From NCBI GenBank assembly GCA_003707115.1, contig PPNB01000019.1, positions 124,001 to 164,833 on the forward strand: a DNA stretch of 40,833 nucleotides, read 5' to 3'. Origin of the DNA: Tortispora ganteri. Its lineage: Eukaryota. Positions 20,277 to 30,422 of the stretch are shown here, in pieces. A program made the position numbers and the translations under genes. Under the pieces are notes generated by a model that saw only the letters and a program-made list of their open reading frames with translations, was not told the DNA's origin and did no database searches. The stretch's first letter is position 1. The number at the start of each line of letters is the position of its first letter.

Positions 20277-22355
20277 TCATGATTCTGATGGGCTAGATTT
20301 ATCATTCTCTCCATCAAAAAGTGCTAGTTTGAGCTTATGGTTTCGCTCGTTCAATTCACCTAAGCTGAAACCCATGTAATCCTCGGTATTCAATGCCTGG
20401 TTTTGCTCTTGCAAAGTGGCAAAGTCACCAGGGGTTATGGCTCCCGTACGATCTTTCGGAGATCCTGGAACAGATAATGGTCTAGATATCTTAATATCGC
20501 CTTCCTCGTACGGGGGCACATCGTCTGGCTCAAATGAGTCTCCGTACTTTCTTCTCAGCGCTAGATGACGAGCCTTCATGTACTCAAGTCCCATACGTCT
20601 CCAGTCGAGCACATCAGATAGTCTTTCTGTTCTGTTACGTTGGTTAATCCGAGCACGACGTGACTTCAGAGTGAATTCATACATGTATTCACTGAGCTGG
20701 TTAATGGAATCGTCCACGCCCTTACCACGACGGTCAACAATATAGATTCCATAATCAGGAGAATTTTCCATAAGATCTTCCATGTAGCAACCAAACCCAG
20801 AAAGATTCGTGGTGATAGACGGTACTCCCATAACAGTGCACTCAGCAGGGGTGTAACCCCAAGGCTCATAGTAAGACGGGAAGACTCCAAGATGACAGCC
20901 TCGCACAAAATCTTCATAGTCCATGCTAAGAATAGGGTTATTAGAGTTCAAAAATTCAGGATGGAAAACAATTTTAACCCTATCACTATGATGATTAAAC
21001 ATTTGGACGCGACGAATTTGGTTCAGTATAGGATCATTAGCATCGTCAGCCATATTATGAGTCACAATCGGCGGAAGAGTATTTCTCTTCAAAGCATAGA
21101 TACGTCTTTTAATTGCGACCATGTCCGTATCGGTAAGTATTTCGTTTAAGTCAGGTACTTCACGACCGTGTTGAGTATAGCGAGCGCAATGCTCGAAGAG
21201 GCGTCGTCCCATTGAATCCTGGATTTCCTTAACAGTATTTTCAAGAGCTCTAGTTACAGCTTGTCCACGGAGAGTCTCCATAGTATAAGAATGATTTGCA
21301 GCAGGCATAATAATGAAAGCCACGACAGTCATTTTTGAATCTGTGGTTTTGAGACGATGGTTCAATCGAGCAAGAGATTCGATGAAAAGATCCACGCCTT
21401 TATTTCGGTATTCATAGCGGCCAGCAGTGAAAAAGTAGAGAGTGTTGTCAAGATTAAAATCATAATGGCCATAAAAATGGCCGCGGACAAATTCATTGAT
21501 CCTTTGCTTTTGAATAGCATGAAGATTTTGGAATTCGTGGACAGCGGAGAACTTGACAACATTAAGACCATTTGGTACAACTCCATCAGGTTTGCGCTTC
21601 AGCAAATGTTCAGATTCGTAGGCAGTGATATGTGATACGGTGGTAAACACATCAGCAGAATGTGCCGCCGCTCTCTCGATGCAATAGCGGTGGTATATTC
21701 CACGACGGCCAGCCTCATAATCGACGTCAAAATGCTGCAGATTATTGTAAAAATCTACAGATCCAGCACAGAGGTATCTACCGAGAAGGGTAGCGTGTGT
21801 TGTGAAAATAGTTGTAATGTCTAGGTTCCTTTTAGCGCAAAGCGGGATAGCGATTCCGGCCAGCCATTCATGAAACTGGGCAATGATAGCTCTATTTTGC
21901 TCATGATGGGCGAATTCACCAAGGAACCATGCAATTAAGAAACCAAAAACCACTGCATCGTTAGTTTCTCCATCTCCAGCCGGGGTAGGGATGCCGCAGG
22001 TAGACCAAAGGTTAGCTTTCCATTCATCTAGGCTATGGTACATTGATCCCTGATCGAACAGAAGAACCAGAGGAGCACCTTCTATGAGCCAGCGTCCAAA
22101 TAGATACTTGACTCCACGTTCTCTCATTGACTGGAGAGTTTTGACCAAAGGAGGGTCGAAAGGCTCAATTTCCTCGACTTCAATTTCAGCGCTTTTGTAG
22201 TTCAAAGGGCCTAGAAGGACATATCTATCGCCGTATTCCTTAACAGTAACGGGTGCTTTTGATTTAATGACAGAGTATATTCCACCTACTCTGTTAGCTA
22301 CTTCAGTAGAAACCTCAAACAGGACGGGAGTCTTGACGTTCTTCTTAGGAGGCAT
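20277..22355 (-). CDS. GSY1: Glycogen synthase (GT3)
   Basis: Motifs [49 protein letters not shown] and [10 protein letters not shown]. The first ATG is at 22355. Confidence 0.97.
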   Translation of the reverse strand: MPPKKNVKTPVLFEVSTEVANRVGGIYSVIKSKAPVTVKEYGDRYVLLGPLNYKSAEIEVEEIEPFDPPLVKTLQSMRERGVKYLFGRWLIEGAPLVLLFDQGSMYHSLDEWKANLWSTCGIPTPAGDGETNDAVVFGFLIAWFLGEFAHHEQNRAIIAQFHEWLAGIAIPLCAKRNLDITTIFTTHATLLGRYLCAGSVDFYNNLQHFDVDYEAGRRGIYHRYCIERAAAHSADVFTTVSHITAYESEHLLKRKPDGVVPNGLNVVKFSAVHEFQNLHAIQKQRINEFVRGHFYGHYDFNLDNTLYFFTAGRYEYRNKGVDLFIESLARLNHRLKTTDSKMTVVAFIIMPAANHSYTMETLRGQAVTRALENTVKEIQDSMGRRLFEHCARYTQHGREVPDLNEILTDTDMVAIKRRIYALKRNTLPPIVTHNMADDANDPILNQIRRVQMFNHHSDRVKIVFHPEFLNSNNPILSMDYEDFVRGCHLGVFPSYYEPWGYTPAECTVMGVPSITTNLSGFGCYMEDLMENSPDYGIYIVDRRGKGVDDSINQLSEYMYEFTLKSRRARINQRNRTERLSDVLDWRRMGLEYMKARHLALRRKYGDSFEPDDVPPYEEGDIKISRPLSVPGSPKDRTGAITPGDFATLQEQNQALNTEDYMGFSLGELNERNHKLKLALFDGENDKSSPSES

Positions 22356-22838
22356 GCTTAATGATGAAGGGGAAGGAGATAGAGCAGATGAAGTGATGGC
22401 TGGATCAGCAAGGTGGGACAAAAAATGACACTAATGCAAAAGAAAATATCAGAATTCAAGCTGGCAAAATGCGTTTTACAGTAACTGCCAATTGTACTAG
22501 AAAAAGTAAAAAAATAGCAACGGAAAAGCTATAAAAGATGGCGGGGTTAGGTTGTTAAAGGATAATAAAGACAATTTGACTGTATTTCCGAAATCATAGT
22601 TTTAGTACTGGGATAAGTCACTAAGAGGGCATAAACGGCTAATATGTAGGAAGCATTAGAAGATATTTAGCAGAATACATATTTACATGTATACAAAAAA
22701 ATATCTAGTTGCTCTTTCATAAAAGGGCAATAGTTTGAGTCGGTACAGTTAGTTCGAAAGTAACGTGTCATAGAAAAGCTGTTGCTGGATATAGTAAGGT
22801 GTATGAACATAGCAAAATATCATGCCACATTTGTAGTT

Positions 22839-23642
22839 CTAGAGACGTCTAACCTTTCTTGATCTCGTACCACCAAATTTGATAGGTGTATCTTCAATAA
22901 ACCTATCAATCCTGGTTACCAATTTGACCGAATCTGGCGCTTGAAGTGCTGATATGAATCCCATACGGCCTTTTGAGAAACCTCGCATTATAACGGTGTA
23001 AGGAATAGGCGAATGCTCGTCGTTCAACAGATTCTTCTCCTCCATCTTCTTCAACAGACCAATAGTAGTCTCATATGCGGCGTCAAATTCTCCTCGTGCT
23101 GCTTTTCTGTATCCAAATGTGCCACAGGTAACTGATATTATGACCTCTTGTTTTGGCCGCACAATATCTAGCATCGCATTTCTCGTACTCTCGGCGTCTA
23201 ACATTTGTGCACCACTTTTCACAGCCGTGTCAAGCTGTATTAGACTCGATCGCGGCCAGTACTGTCGCGTAACTGTCAAGTGAAGATTATTCCTATTAAA
23301 TAAGGCATGCAAAAAGTGTCTAATGACCTGCTTGTCCGCTAACAGCGTAGTGCTCTTGCTTTGTCCTCCGCCTAGCAGTCTCGATAGTCCGTCACTTCCG
23401 TCATTAAGGCTCTTGCGGAACGCCGTTAAGTTCAGATTGTCGCGTATATGCGCACTGTTCGGTTTCGCATGACTCTCGGCTTCTAGCGCCTCATCGTCTT
23501 TGACTAAAAGCTTCTTCAAGTCGTCCAGGTCCTGATTGTCCACCATAAAACATCGCGTGGTACGAAACTTCCGACGTATCGTCGGCCTCCACATTTGTCG
23601 GATATTCCGCAGGTAAAATGCCCGCCTCGATATAGCCTGCAT
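22839..23642 (-). CDS. MRPS18: Mitochondrial ribosomal protein uS11m (Mrps18)
   Basis: Arg-rich presequence, then NNLHLT, GTFGYRKAARGEFDAAY and DTPIKFGGTRSRKVRRL. Confidence 0.88.
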   Translation of the reverse strand: MQAISRRAFYLRNIRQMWRPTIRRKFRTTRCFMVDNQDLDDLKKLLVKDDEALEAESHAKPNSAHIRDNLNLTAFRKSLNDGSDGLSRLLGGGQSKSTTLLADKQVIRHFLHALFNRNNLHLTVTRQYWPRSSLIQLDTAVKSGAQMLDAESTRNAMLDIVRPKQEVIISVTCGTFGYRKAARGEFDAAYETTIGLLKKMEEKNLLNDEHSPIPYTVIMRGFSKGRMGFISALQAPDSVKLVTRIDRFIEDTPIKFGGTRSRKVRRL

Positions 23643-23886
23643 TCTCGCTCAACTCTACGGTTTTTCCAGCTTCTCGCAGATGCTGTCGTAATTTGCTTGC
23701 TCGATAGTTTTTATACTAATATAGTAAATACCGCTTAATTTAATCCCGGCACAAAATTCCTCGGTGGTTAGGGTTCTACATCCCAAAAACTGCACTGGAC
23801 TACAGGAAATCAGCTTTACTCCATTCGGTACTGCATTTTTACTTGGCTGCCAAGTTGTGCCAGTGCCATTAAATATAGTCTCAATA

Positions 23887-24924
23887 ATGTACAAATTTAG
23901 AACGCAGGGTTACAATGGATATTCGGTGAAATACTCTCCGTTTCTTGACTCTAAAATAGCGTGTGCGGCATCGGCCAACTTTGGCCTGGTCGGCAACGGC
24001 CGATTATACGTTCTTGATCTCACCCCTAATGGGATTGTTCAGAATGTAGCTTTTGATACTCAAGATGGTCTATTTGATTTAGCATGGTCAGAATTACACG
24101 AAAACCAAATAGTGGTGGCCGGTGGTGATGGAGCGATCAGACTCTTTGACATCACCCTTAAGGATTTCCCCATCAAGAGCTGGAAAGAGCATTCAAGAGA
24201 GGTGTTTTCGGTCAATTGGAACATGGTCGATAAGACTACTTTTTGCTCCTCTTCTTGGGACGGATCGATCAAAATATGGGCTCCTAATCGCCCGCAGTCA
24301 CTTCGCACTCTATTACCCCCGGCACCTATCACTCCTTCCTGCACATACCAAGCATTATACTCTCCGCACGATCCAACACTTCTGGCAAGTGTCGATTCAT
24401 CTGGTCATTTACGTATATGGGATTTACGGCGCCCAAATCCTATGGTCGCTGATATCAATGCACATTTGGGCGCTGAAGCTCTCACATTAGATTGGAATAA
24501 ATACAGGTCAGGCGTCATAGCGACCGGCTCTGTCGATCGCTCAATTCGTATATGGGACATAAGACAGAGCCGTGATGGTGTCAGCACTTCTCTCAGTCCT
24601 ATAAATGAACTCCTTGGTCACGAATATGCTGTGAGAAAGGTCTCATGGTCCCCGCACAGAGGAGATGTCCTCCTGTCAGCGTCATACGATATGACTTCAA
24701 GAGTATGGATGGACCGGTCCGCTACCGAAGCAATGTTTACACCCAGAGCTAGAATTCCTGCAATATCTCGGTCTAGCGTAATGAATGTCATCTCTACTCA
24801 TACTGAATTTGTCGTCGGCTGCGATTGGAGTCTTTGGGGTGCGCCCGGTTGGGCTGCTACCTGTGCATGGGACGAAACCGTGCTGGTTTTCGACACCAAC
24901 AGCCTCCCTCGCCTGCACAATTGA
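23887..24924 (+). CDS. PEX7: PTS2 peroxisomal import receptor (WD40)
   Basis: MYKFRTQGYNGYSVKYSPF...ANFGLVGNGRL, DTQDGLFDLAWSE, HTEFVVGCDWS. ATG at 23887. Confidence 0.95.
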   Translation: MYKFRTQGYNGYSVKYSPFLDSKIACAASANFGLVGNGRLYVLDLTPNGIVQNVAFDTQDGLFDLAWSELHENQIVVAGGDGAIRLFDITLKDFPIKSWKEHSREVFSVNWNMVDKTTFCSSSWDGSIKIWAPNRPQSLRTLLPPAPITPSCTYQALYSPHDPTLLASVDSSGHLRIWDLRRPNPMVADINAHLGAEALTLDWNKYRSGVIATGSVDRSIRIWDIRQSRDGVSTSLSPINELLGHEYAVRKVSWSPHRGDVLLSASYDMTSRVWMDRSATEAMFTPRARIPAISRSSVMNVISTHTEFVVGCDWSLWGAPGWAATCAWDETVLVFDTNSLPRLHN

Positions 24925-25128
24925 GACGCTCATCTTCGAAGGAGGTTTGAATTAGCCTATTCAGTACTCTTGACCTTTATTTTATTTGTATGTTCTAATG
25001 AAAATGAGCTTTATGGGGACTCTTTCTCTCTCTCTTGCTAAACCTTGTGACCTGTCTCGATCGAACTTTATTTTTGCACTTCTTTGTGCCCAGTGCCCTA
25101 TATAAACCTATAGAGCAACGCTCATAGA

Positions 25129-25136
25129 CAGTCACG
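25129..25136 (+). promoter_or_regulatory. Homol-D-like element CAGTCACG upstream of RPL4
   Basis: Lies about 110 bp upstream of the ATG, with TATATAAA at 25099-25106 and an AACCCT (Homol-E-like) motif at about 25151. Confidence 0.5.
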
Positions 25137-25241
25137 CTCGATGTCCCAATAACCCTCCCGCATCCGCTATACTCACGCAAGATTTAATAGTAATCTCGAA
25201 ATCCATTTCGACACTACCTTTCTTATCCCCTATTATTAAAA

Positions 25242-26315
25242 ATGTCACAGCCACTAGTTAGTGTGTACTCCATCTCTGGAAGCTCTCAATCCGAGACTGT
25301 CCCTCTTCCTGTTGTTTTCAAGGCTCCTATCCGCCCTGATCTCATTCACGAAGTCTTCGCTAAGGTCAACAAAAACAAGCGTCAAGCCTATGCTGTCAGC
25401 AACATGGCTGGATCCCAGACCTCTGCTGAATCTTGGGGTACCGGTCGTGCCGTCTCCCGTATTCCCCGTGTCGGCGGTGGTGGTACTCACCGATCCGGAC
25501 AGGGTGCTTTCGGTAACATGTGCCGTGGAGGACGCATGTTCCAGCCCACTAAGATCTGGCGCAAATGGCACGTTAAGGTCAACCTTAACCAGAAGAGATA
25601 CGCCACTATCTCTGCGGTTGCTGCCTCTTCAGTCAACTCTCTTGTTTTGGCTCGTGGACACCGTGTAGAGAACATCCCTCAAGTACCCCTTGTTGTCTCC
25701 AACGAATTTGAGTCTATTACTAAGACCCGCGACGTTGTTGCCGCCTTTAAGGCTCTCGGTGCCGACAAGGATGTTGCGCGTGTTATCAAGACTAGAAAGA
25801 TCCGTGCTGGTAAGGGTAAGATGCGTGGTCGTCGTTTCCGTCAAAGACGTGGACCCCTCATCGTCTACGGAAATGACAGCGGTATCGTCAAGGCTTCCCG
25901 CAACATTCCCGGTGTTGAAACCTGCGACGTCCGCAACCTTTCTCTTCTGCAGTTGGCTCCCGGTGGACATGCTGGACGTTTTGTTATCTGGACTCAGGGC
26001 GCCTTCGAGCTTATTGACTCTGTCTGGTCTGAGAAGTCCGGATTCAGCTTGCCCACTCCCATGTTGGCCAATAGTGATGTAACCAGCCTGATCAACTCTT
26101 CTGAAATTCAGGCTGTTCTTAAGCCTGCCGGACCCAGCAACACTCGCCGCGCAGTCACCGTCAAGAAGAATCCTCTCCGCAACATGCAAGTACAGCTCCG
26201 CCTTAACCCTTACGCTAAGGCCTTCAAAGCTCAGAAACTCGGCTCTGTTCCTGCTCCTAAGGAAGACGTCAAGCCTATTGGTTCTACTCTTCTGGCCTCC
26301 TTGAGAGCCGACTAG
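25242..26315 (+). CDS. RPL4: 60S ribosomal protein L4 (uL4)
   Basis: [42 protein letters not shown], with strongly biased codon use. Confidence 0.98.
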   Translation: MSQPLVSVYSISGSSQSETVPLPVVFKAPIRPDLIHEVFAKVNKNKRQAYAVSNMAGSQTSAESWGTGRAVSRIPRVGGGGTHRSGQGAFGNMCRGGRMFQPTKIWRKWHVKVNLNQKRYATISAVAASSVNSLVLARGHRVENIPQVPLVVSNEFESITKTRDVVAAFKALGADKDVARVIKTRKIRAGKGKMRGRRFRQRRGPLIVYGNDSGIVKASRNIPGVETCDVRNLSLLQLAPGGHAGRFVIWTQGAFELIDSVWSEKSGFSLPTPMLANSDVTSLINSSEIQAVLKPAGPSNTRRAVTVKKNPLRNMQVQLRLNPYAKAFKAQKLGSVPAPKEDVKPIGSTLLASLRAD

Positions 26316-26470
26316 ATCTAAAGTCTATAATGAATGATTCTTGATACTTTTAATTAGCCGTAGTATGTTTGCTCTGGTTTCGGCGCTACCCTGCCCGCGC
26401 GGTACCCCAACCTGTCGTTACCCTCTTGTCGGAGCCCCATCATACACCTCTCTACCATCCGAACACGATT

Positions 26471-26872
26471 ATGGTCCGGATTAAGTGTCGGTACATTGCC
26501 TTTGAGCTGATTGATCCGTCCCGCATTGAGGAAGAAAACTACAGTGCGGCGATTCGCATGCCCGTGTGTAAGTACACGAGCCACTCAGTGGCTTCGGCAA
26601 TTCGCGAATCGGTGCAGGAACATTTTGGCGACTATGGTGCTGCCCTAGTGAACTCGTTCTTCAATTTGAAGTACTACTCACCAACTACTGGTATAGGCAT
26701 ACTTCGCGTAGGACGCGATCAGCTGCGGATAGCACAGGCAGCTCTCACATACATTAACGAGCTGGACTCTCGTCCGACCCTAATTAACTGTTTTCACGTC
26801 TCCGGAACTATAAAACATGCTCAAATGGCCGTCCACAAAAGGTACACTGAACTCGTAGGGAAATTCCCATAG
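26471..26872 (+). CDS. POP5: RNase P/MRP subunit Pop5
   Basis: MVRIKCRYIAFEL, FGDYG, KYYSPTTGIGILRV, HVSGTIK. ATG at 26471. Confidence 0.92.
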   Translation: MVRIKCRYIAFELIDPSRIEEENYSAAIRMPVCKYTSHSVASAIRESVQEHFGDYGAALVNSFFNLKYYSPTTGIGILRVGRDQLRIAQAALTYINELDSRPTLINCFHVSGTIKHAQMAVHKRYTELVGKFP

Positions 26873-27208
26873 GAACAGCCAATTTAAATATGGTATTTTA
26901 TCACGCATCAGAACATGGATGTGCAGTTACTCACCCTATATCAATCTATCTTCGCAATACACTGATAATTCCGCCAGTGTCGCGAAACTTTTATCTTCAT
27001 TTACCCTCAACCCTGAACAGTCAGTTGTCTTGGCACCGTCTGCGGGATTTGCGTGCTGTGTATATATGTGCACTCATCTCCTCATCCTGCTTTTTCACTT
27101 CAATATTCTATATATTTACAATTTCAACTGGACTTCTAGATGTTCAACCTATTGTGCTTGCATTAACTAAGATTATACCTTGTGGACTTAAGCTTGCTGC
27201 GGCGGAAA

Positions 27209-28207
27209 ATGAAGCAATCAAGCGCAGCTAAGATCCAAATAGGCATCGCCGCTTGGATCATTGTATTCTCATTCTGGGGTACATTCACACGAGTAGGTGT
27301 AGTTGACCTCAGTAATTACTCTGGACGTGCAGTGTTTTCAACTGCATGGGTGCAGTTTGTAGGCTGCGTAACTATGGGATTTGCTAATGCCTCATTGAAA
27401 TCTCACAAATCTCACGAATGGACGAAGTCTACGCATATTTTTTCTAAATCTATTATTGTAGGATACTGTGGATCAACAACTTCATTCTCTACTTACATTG
27501 TTGACTTGTTCTATGCATTAGCTAACGTCTCTGATTTTGCTGGCGACCATGCCAGAGGTTACAATGTACTTACTTTCCTAACTGTATTGATAGGATCTAT
27601 GGCTTTCTCTATGTTTGGCATGGGTCTCGGTATACACATCGGCAGTTACTTTGATCTAACGACATTACCAGATAAACTGCCATATCCAGAGGAAATCGGA
27701 GTATTACTCGCTGTACTTCAATTTGCTGTATGCGCTCTCCTTGTTGCGCTGGTACCAAACTCTCGTACATACACTTACTCGGCGCTGTTTGGTCCCTTTG
27801 GTGCCTTACTCCGATGGAAACTTAGCGACTTAAATGCCAAATCTAACCACTTCTTCTGGGGCACATGGGCTGCTAACGTGATCGGTACCACTGTTATCTG
27901 TATACTAATCCCGTTGCAGGGATTCCTCACAAGGAAAACTGCTTCGCATTTCACTTCTGTCAATATCTGCGAAGCAATGCTAGCGCTTGAGGTCGGATTT
28001 TGTGGGAGCCTTACAACTATTTCTACTTTTATAGCAGAGATCGAAAAACTTAGAGTGCAAGGAAGGGAAACGCGCATAACCATATACTACCTAGCTTCTG
28101 TCGTCCCTACTTTGATTATCGCAGTGATTTCTTTGGGCATAGCGTACTGGGGATTTGACGAGCTCCCTTCATCTACTTGCTTTAGCGTTAACCCCAATGG
28201 AACATAA
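27209..28207 (+). CDS. FEX1: Fluoride exporter FEX (tandem CrcB/Fluc domains)
   Basis: Two Fluc-like halves: GTFTRVG...GYCGSTTSFSTY and GALLRWKL...GTWAAN...GFCGSLTTISTF. ATG at 27209. Confidence 0.9.
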   Translation: MKQSSAAKIQIGIAAWIIVFSFWGTFTRVGVVDLSNYSGRAVFSTAWVQFVGCVTMGFANASLKSHKSHEWTKSTHIFSKSIIVGYCGSTTSFSTYIVDLFYALANVSDFAGDHARGYNVLTFLTVLIGSMAFSMFGMGLGIHIGSYFDLTTLPDKLPYPEEIGVLLAVLQFAVCALLVALVPNSRTYTYSALFGPFGALLRWKLSDLNAKSNHFFWGTWAANVIGTTVICILIPLQGFLTRKTASHFTSVNICEAMLALEVGFCGSLTTISTFIAEIEKLRVQGRETRITIYYLASVVPTLIIAVISLGIAYWGFDELPSSTCFSVNPNGT

Positions 28208-28209
28208 GC

Positions 28210-28289
28210 TGCATTTTCATTACCGTGAATTTTCATTACCGTGAATGTTTATTAACGTGCATTTTCATTAACGTGCATTTTCATTCCCG
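28210..28289. repeat. 16-bp minisatellite, 5 copies
   Basis: Units: tgcattttcattaccg / tgaattttcattaccg / tgaatgtttattaacg / tgcattttcattaacg / tgcattttcattcccg. Confidence 0.95.
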
Positions 28290-28441
28290 TACATCTGCTC
28301 ATCCTATCTCTGAAACTTTGAACTATACTCTAGTTTTTTCCTTTTACTATCATTCCTTGCCTAAATGAAATATCATTATAACTTATTCCAACATTTCCCT
28401 GAATTATAGACGGTTTTATCTTAGCCCTCTAGACCCGTAGG

Positions 28442-28461
28442 AGGGTGCACACATGCACCCT
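28442..28461. repeat. Perfect 8-bp inverted repeat AGGGTGCA-caca-TGCACCCT
   Basis: Read directly in the FEX1-PDI1 intergenic region. Confidence 0.85.
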
Positions 28462-28752
28462 GTATTACTGCCAAACCTTAATTCCAAATTATATACACGC
28501 GTGCTTAAATGTATCCAAAACTTCTTTATATTTGCACCACTAGCGCATATATTACTGCCTTTTCTTCATATTCACTGAAATTACTTATTTGATATCTAAC
28601 GGGCATCAAACACGAGACTACAATCATCACAAAGGTAGCTCAGTATTGACACTTGAATAAATCTTTGACTTGTCGCCCCCTGGATAACGTTATTTCTCCC
28701 GTTTCCGAACTTACCATCTTCCATCCTCTTCCCTCATTGTCTATATCCCACG

Positions 28753-30255
28753 ATGAAGTTGTCGGCCTATATTGCTCTTGCATCTACCGCTTTAGCATCC
28801 GATGTTGTCATTCTTAACTCTGATAACTTTGCTGAGTTTGTCAAAGAGAATCCTCTAGCTTTGGCTGAGTTCTACGCTCCTTGGTGTGGCCACTGCAAGG
28901 CTTTGGCCCCAGAGTACGAAAAAGCAGCCACTCAGCTCAAGGAAAACGACATTCCTATTGGCAAAATTGACTGTACTGAGAACCAGGAGCTCTGCAGCTC
29001 TTATGGCATTCAGGGCTATCCTACCCTAAAAGTTTTTCATGGCTCTATTGAAAACGAAAAAACCACTCCCTACCAGGGACAGCGCACTGCTGAAGACATA
29101 GTAAACTTTATGGTCAGACAGAGTGCCCCCGCCGTCCTCGAATTGAAAACAATTGAGGATCTAGAAAACTTCAAAAGTAAAGCTGATGTCGTCGCTGTCG
29201 GTCTCTGGGATGCAGCTGATGCTGCAATTAACGCGACTTTCTACGAAGCCGCTAACCTTCTAAAGGATTCGTTCTACTTCGCAGCTTCCACTGCTAAAGA
29301 ACTTTTTAAAGAGGCTGGTCTCGCCACTCCTCCTGCTGTTATTCTTTTCAAAACTTATGACGAAGGAAAATCTGTTTTTGTTAATGACGCTTCTCAATGG
29401 TCCGCTGATGCGATCTCCACTTTCGTTCAGCAAGAATCTCGCCCCATCCTTGGCGAACTAAGTCCTACAAACTTCAAATCTTTCATTGATTCTGGAAATC
29501 CTTTGGGATACCTGTTCTACGACACTGCTGAATCTCGCGACGCTGTGGTCGAGCAGATATACGATATTGCTAAGGAATTTCGTGACCAAATCAGCTTTGT
29601 CACTCTCGATGGCGAACAGTATGGTCGTCATGCTCAAGCCCTAAATCTCAAAGATACATCTTTCCCTGCATTTGTCATTCAACGTATTTCTGATGGAAAA
29701 ACATTCCCTCTTCTTTCAGAAGACGGAAAGAGCAATGGTAAGGTCAACTCTGTTACTGTACGCACGTTGGTTGAAGGTGTCGTAGATAACACGATTCAAC
29801 CTTTCCTCAAATCGGAGCCTGAACCGGAAAGCCCCTATGATGAAGATGTCCGAGTCCTAGTGGGATCAACCTACGAATCTGTTGTTCTTGATGAAACTAA
29901 GGATGTTCTAGTTGAGTACTATGCTCCTTGGTGCGGACACTGCAAAAATCTTGCTCCTAAGTATGTTGAACTGGCCAAGTTGTACAAAGATGATGACAAC
30001 GTTGTTATTGCTAAGATTGACGCTAGCAATAATGATACCCCGGAGCAGATTCAAGGCTTTCCGACTATTAAATTTTTCAAAGCTGATGACAAAGCCAATC
30101 CTGTCACTTTCTCCGACTCACGTGAAGTTGACACTTTGGCCAAGTTCATTGAAGCTAACCGTTCTACCAAGCCTACTAAAAAATCCGCCAAAGGGACTTC
30201 GTCAAAACCTGCTGAATCTAAGAAAAAAGCTGATGACGATTACGATGAATTGTAA
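28753..30255 (+). CDS. PDI1: Protein disulfide isomerase
   Basis: Signal peptide, two APWCGHCK active sites, a-b-b'-a' layout, C-terminal YDEL. Confidence 0.96.
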   Translation: MKLSAYIALASTALASDVVILNSDNFAEFVKENPLALAEFYAPWCGHCKALAPEYEKAATQLKENDIPIGKIDCTENQELCSSYGIQGYPTLKVFHGSIENEKTTPYQGQRTAEDIVNFMVRQSAPAVLELKTIEDLENFKSKADVVAVGLWDAADAAINATFYEAANLLKDSFYFAASTAKELFKEAGLATPPAVILFKTYDEGKSVFVNDASQWSADAISTFVQQESRPILGELSPTNFKSFIDSGNPLGYLFYDTAESRDAVVEQIYDIAKEFRDQISFVTLDGEQYGRHAQALNLKDTSFPAFVIQRISDGKTFPLLSEDGKSNGKVNSVTVRTLVEGVVDNTIQPFLKSEPEPESPYDEDVRVLVGSTYESVVLDETKDVLVEYYAPWCGHCKNLAPKYVELAKLYKDDDNVVIAKIDASNNDTPEQIQGFPTIKFFKADDKANPVTFSDSREVDTLAKFIEANRSTKPTKKSAKGTSSKPAESKKKADDDYDEL

Positions 30256-30422
30256 GTGATTCATGTTGTTGTTGTGGTTTCATCATTCGCAACGTTGCTT
30301 TCCTTTTATTATTTTGAAATTATTCTTGTTAAGTGATTGTGTTTGATACTCACCTTATAATATTACATTGTTATATGTCTATAAGCAAATCATATATTCC
30401 GATCATAGAGCGGCCCAGCAAC

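Noticed and set aside
8693..24924. Peroxisomal gene cluster (lyase, CCP2, PEX7)
   Set aside because: The genes are scattered over 16 kb among unrelated genes, which is consistent with chance.
25254..26189. Long overlapping and antisense ORFs within RPL4, and similar shadows in other genes
   Set aside because: Expected from strong codon bias; no recognisable domains.
26873..27208. Fluoride riboswitch upstream of FEX1
   Set aside because: No match to the crcB aptamer consensus, and none is known in eukaryotes.
28210..28289. CRISPR-like array
   Set aside because: The units are contiguous with no spacers, the context is eukaryotic, and there are no cas genes.
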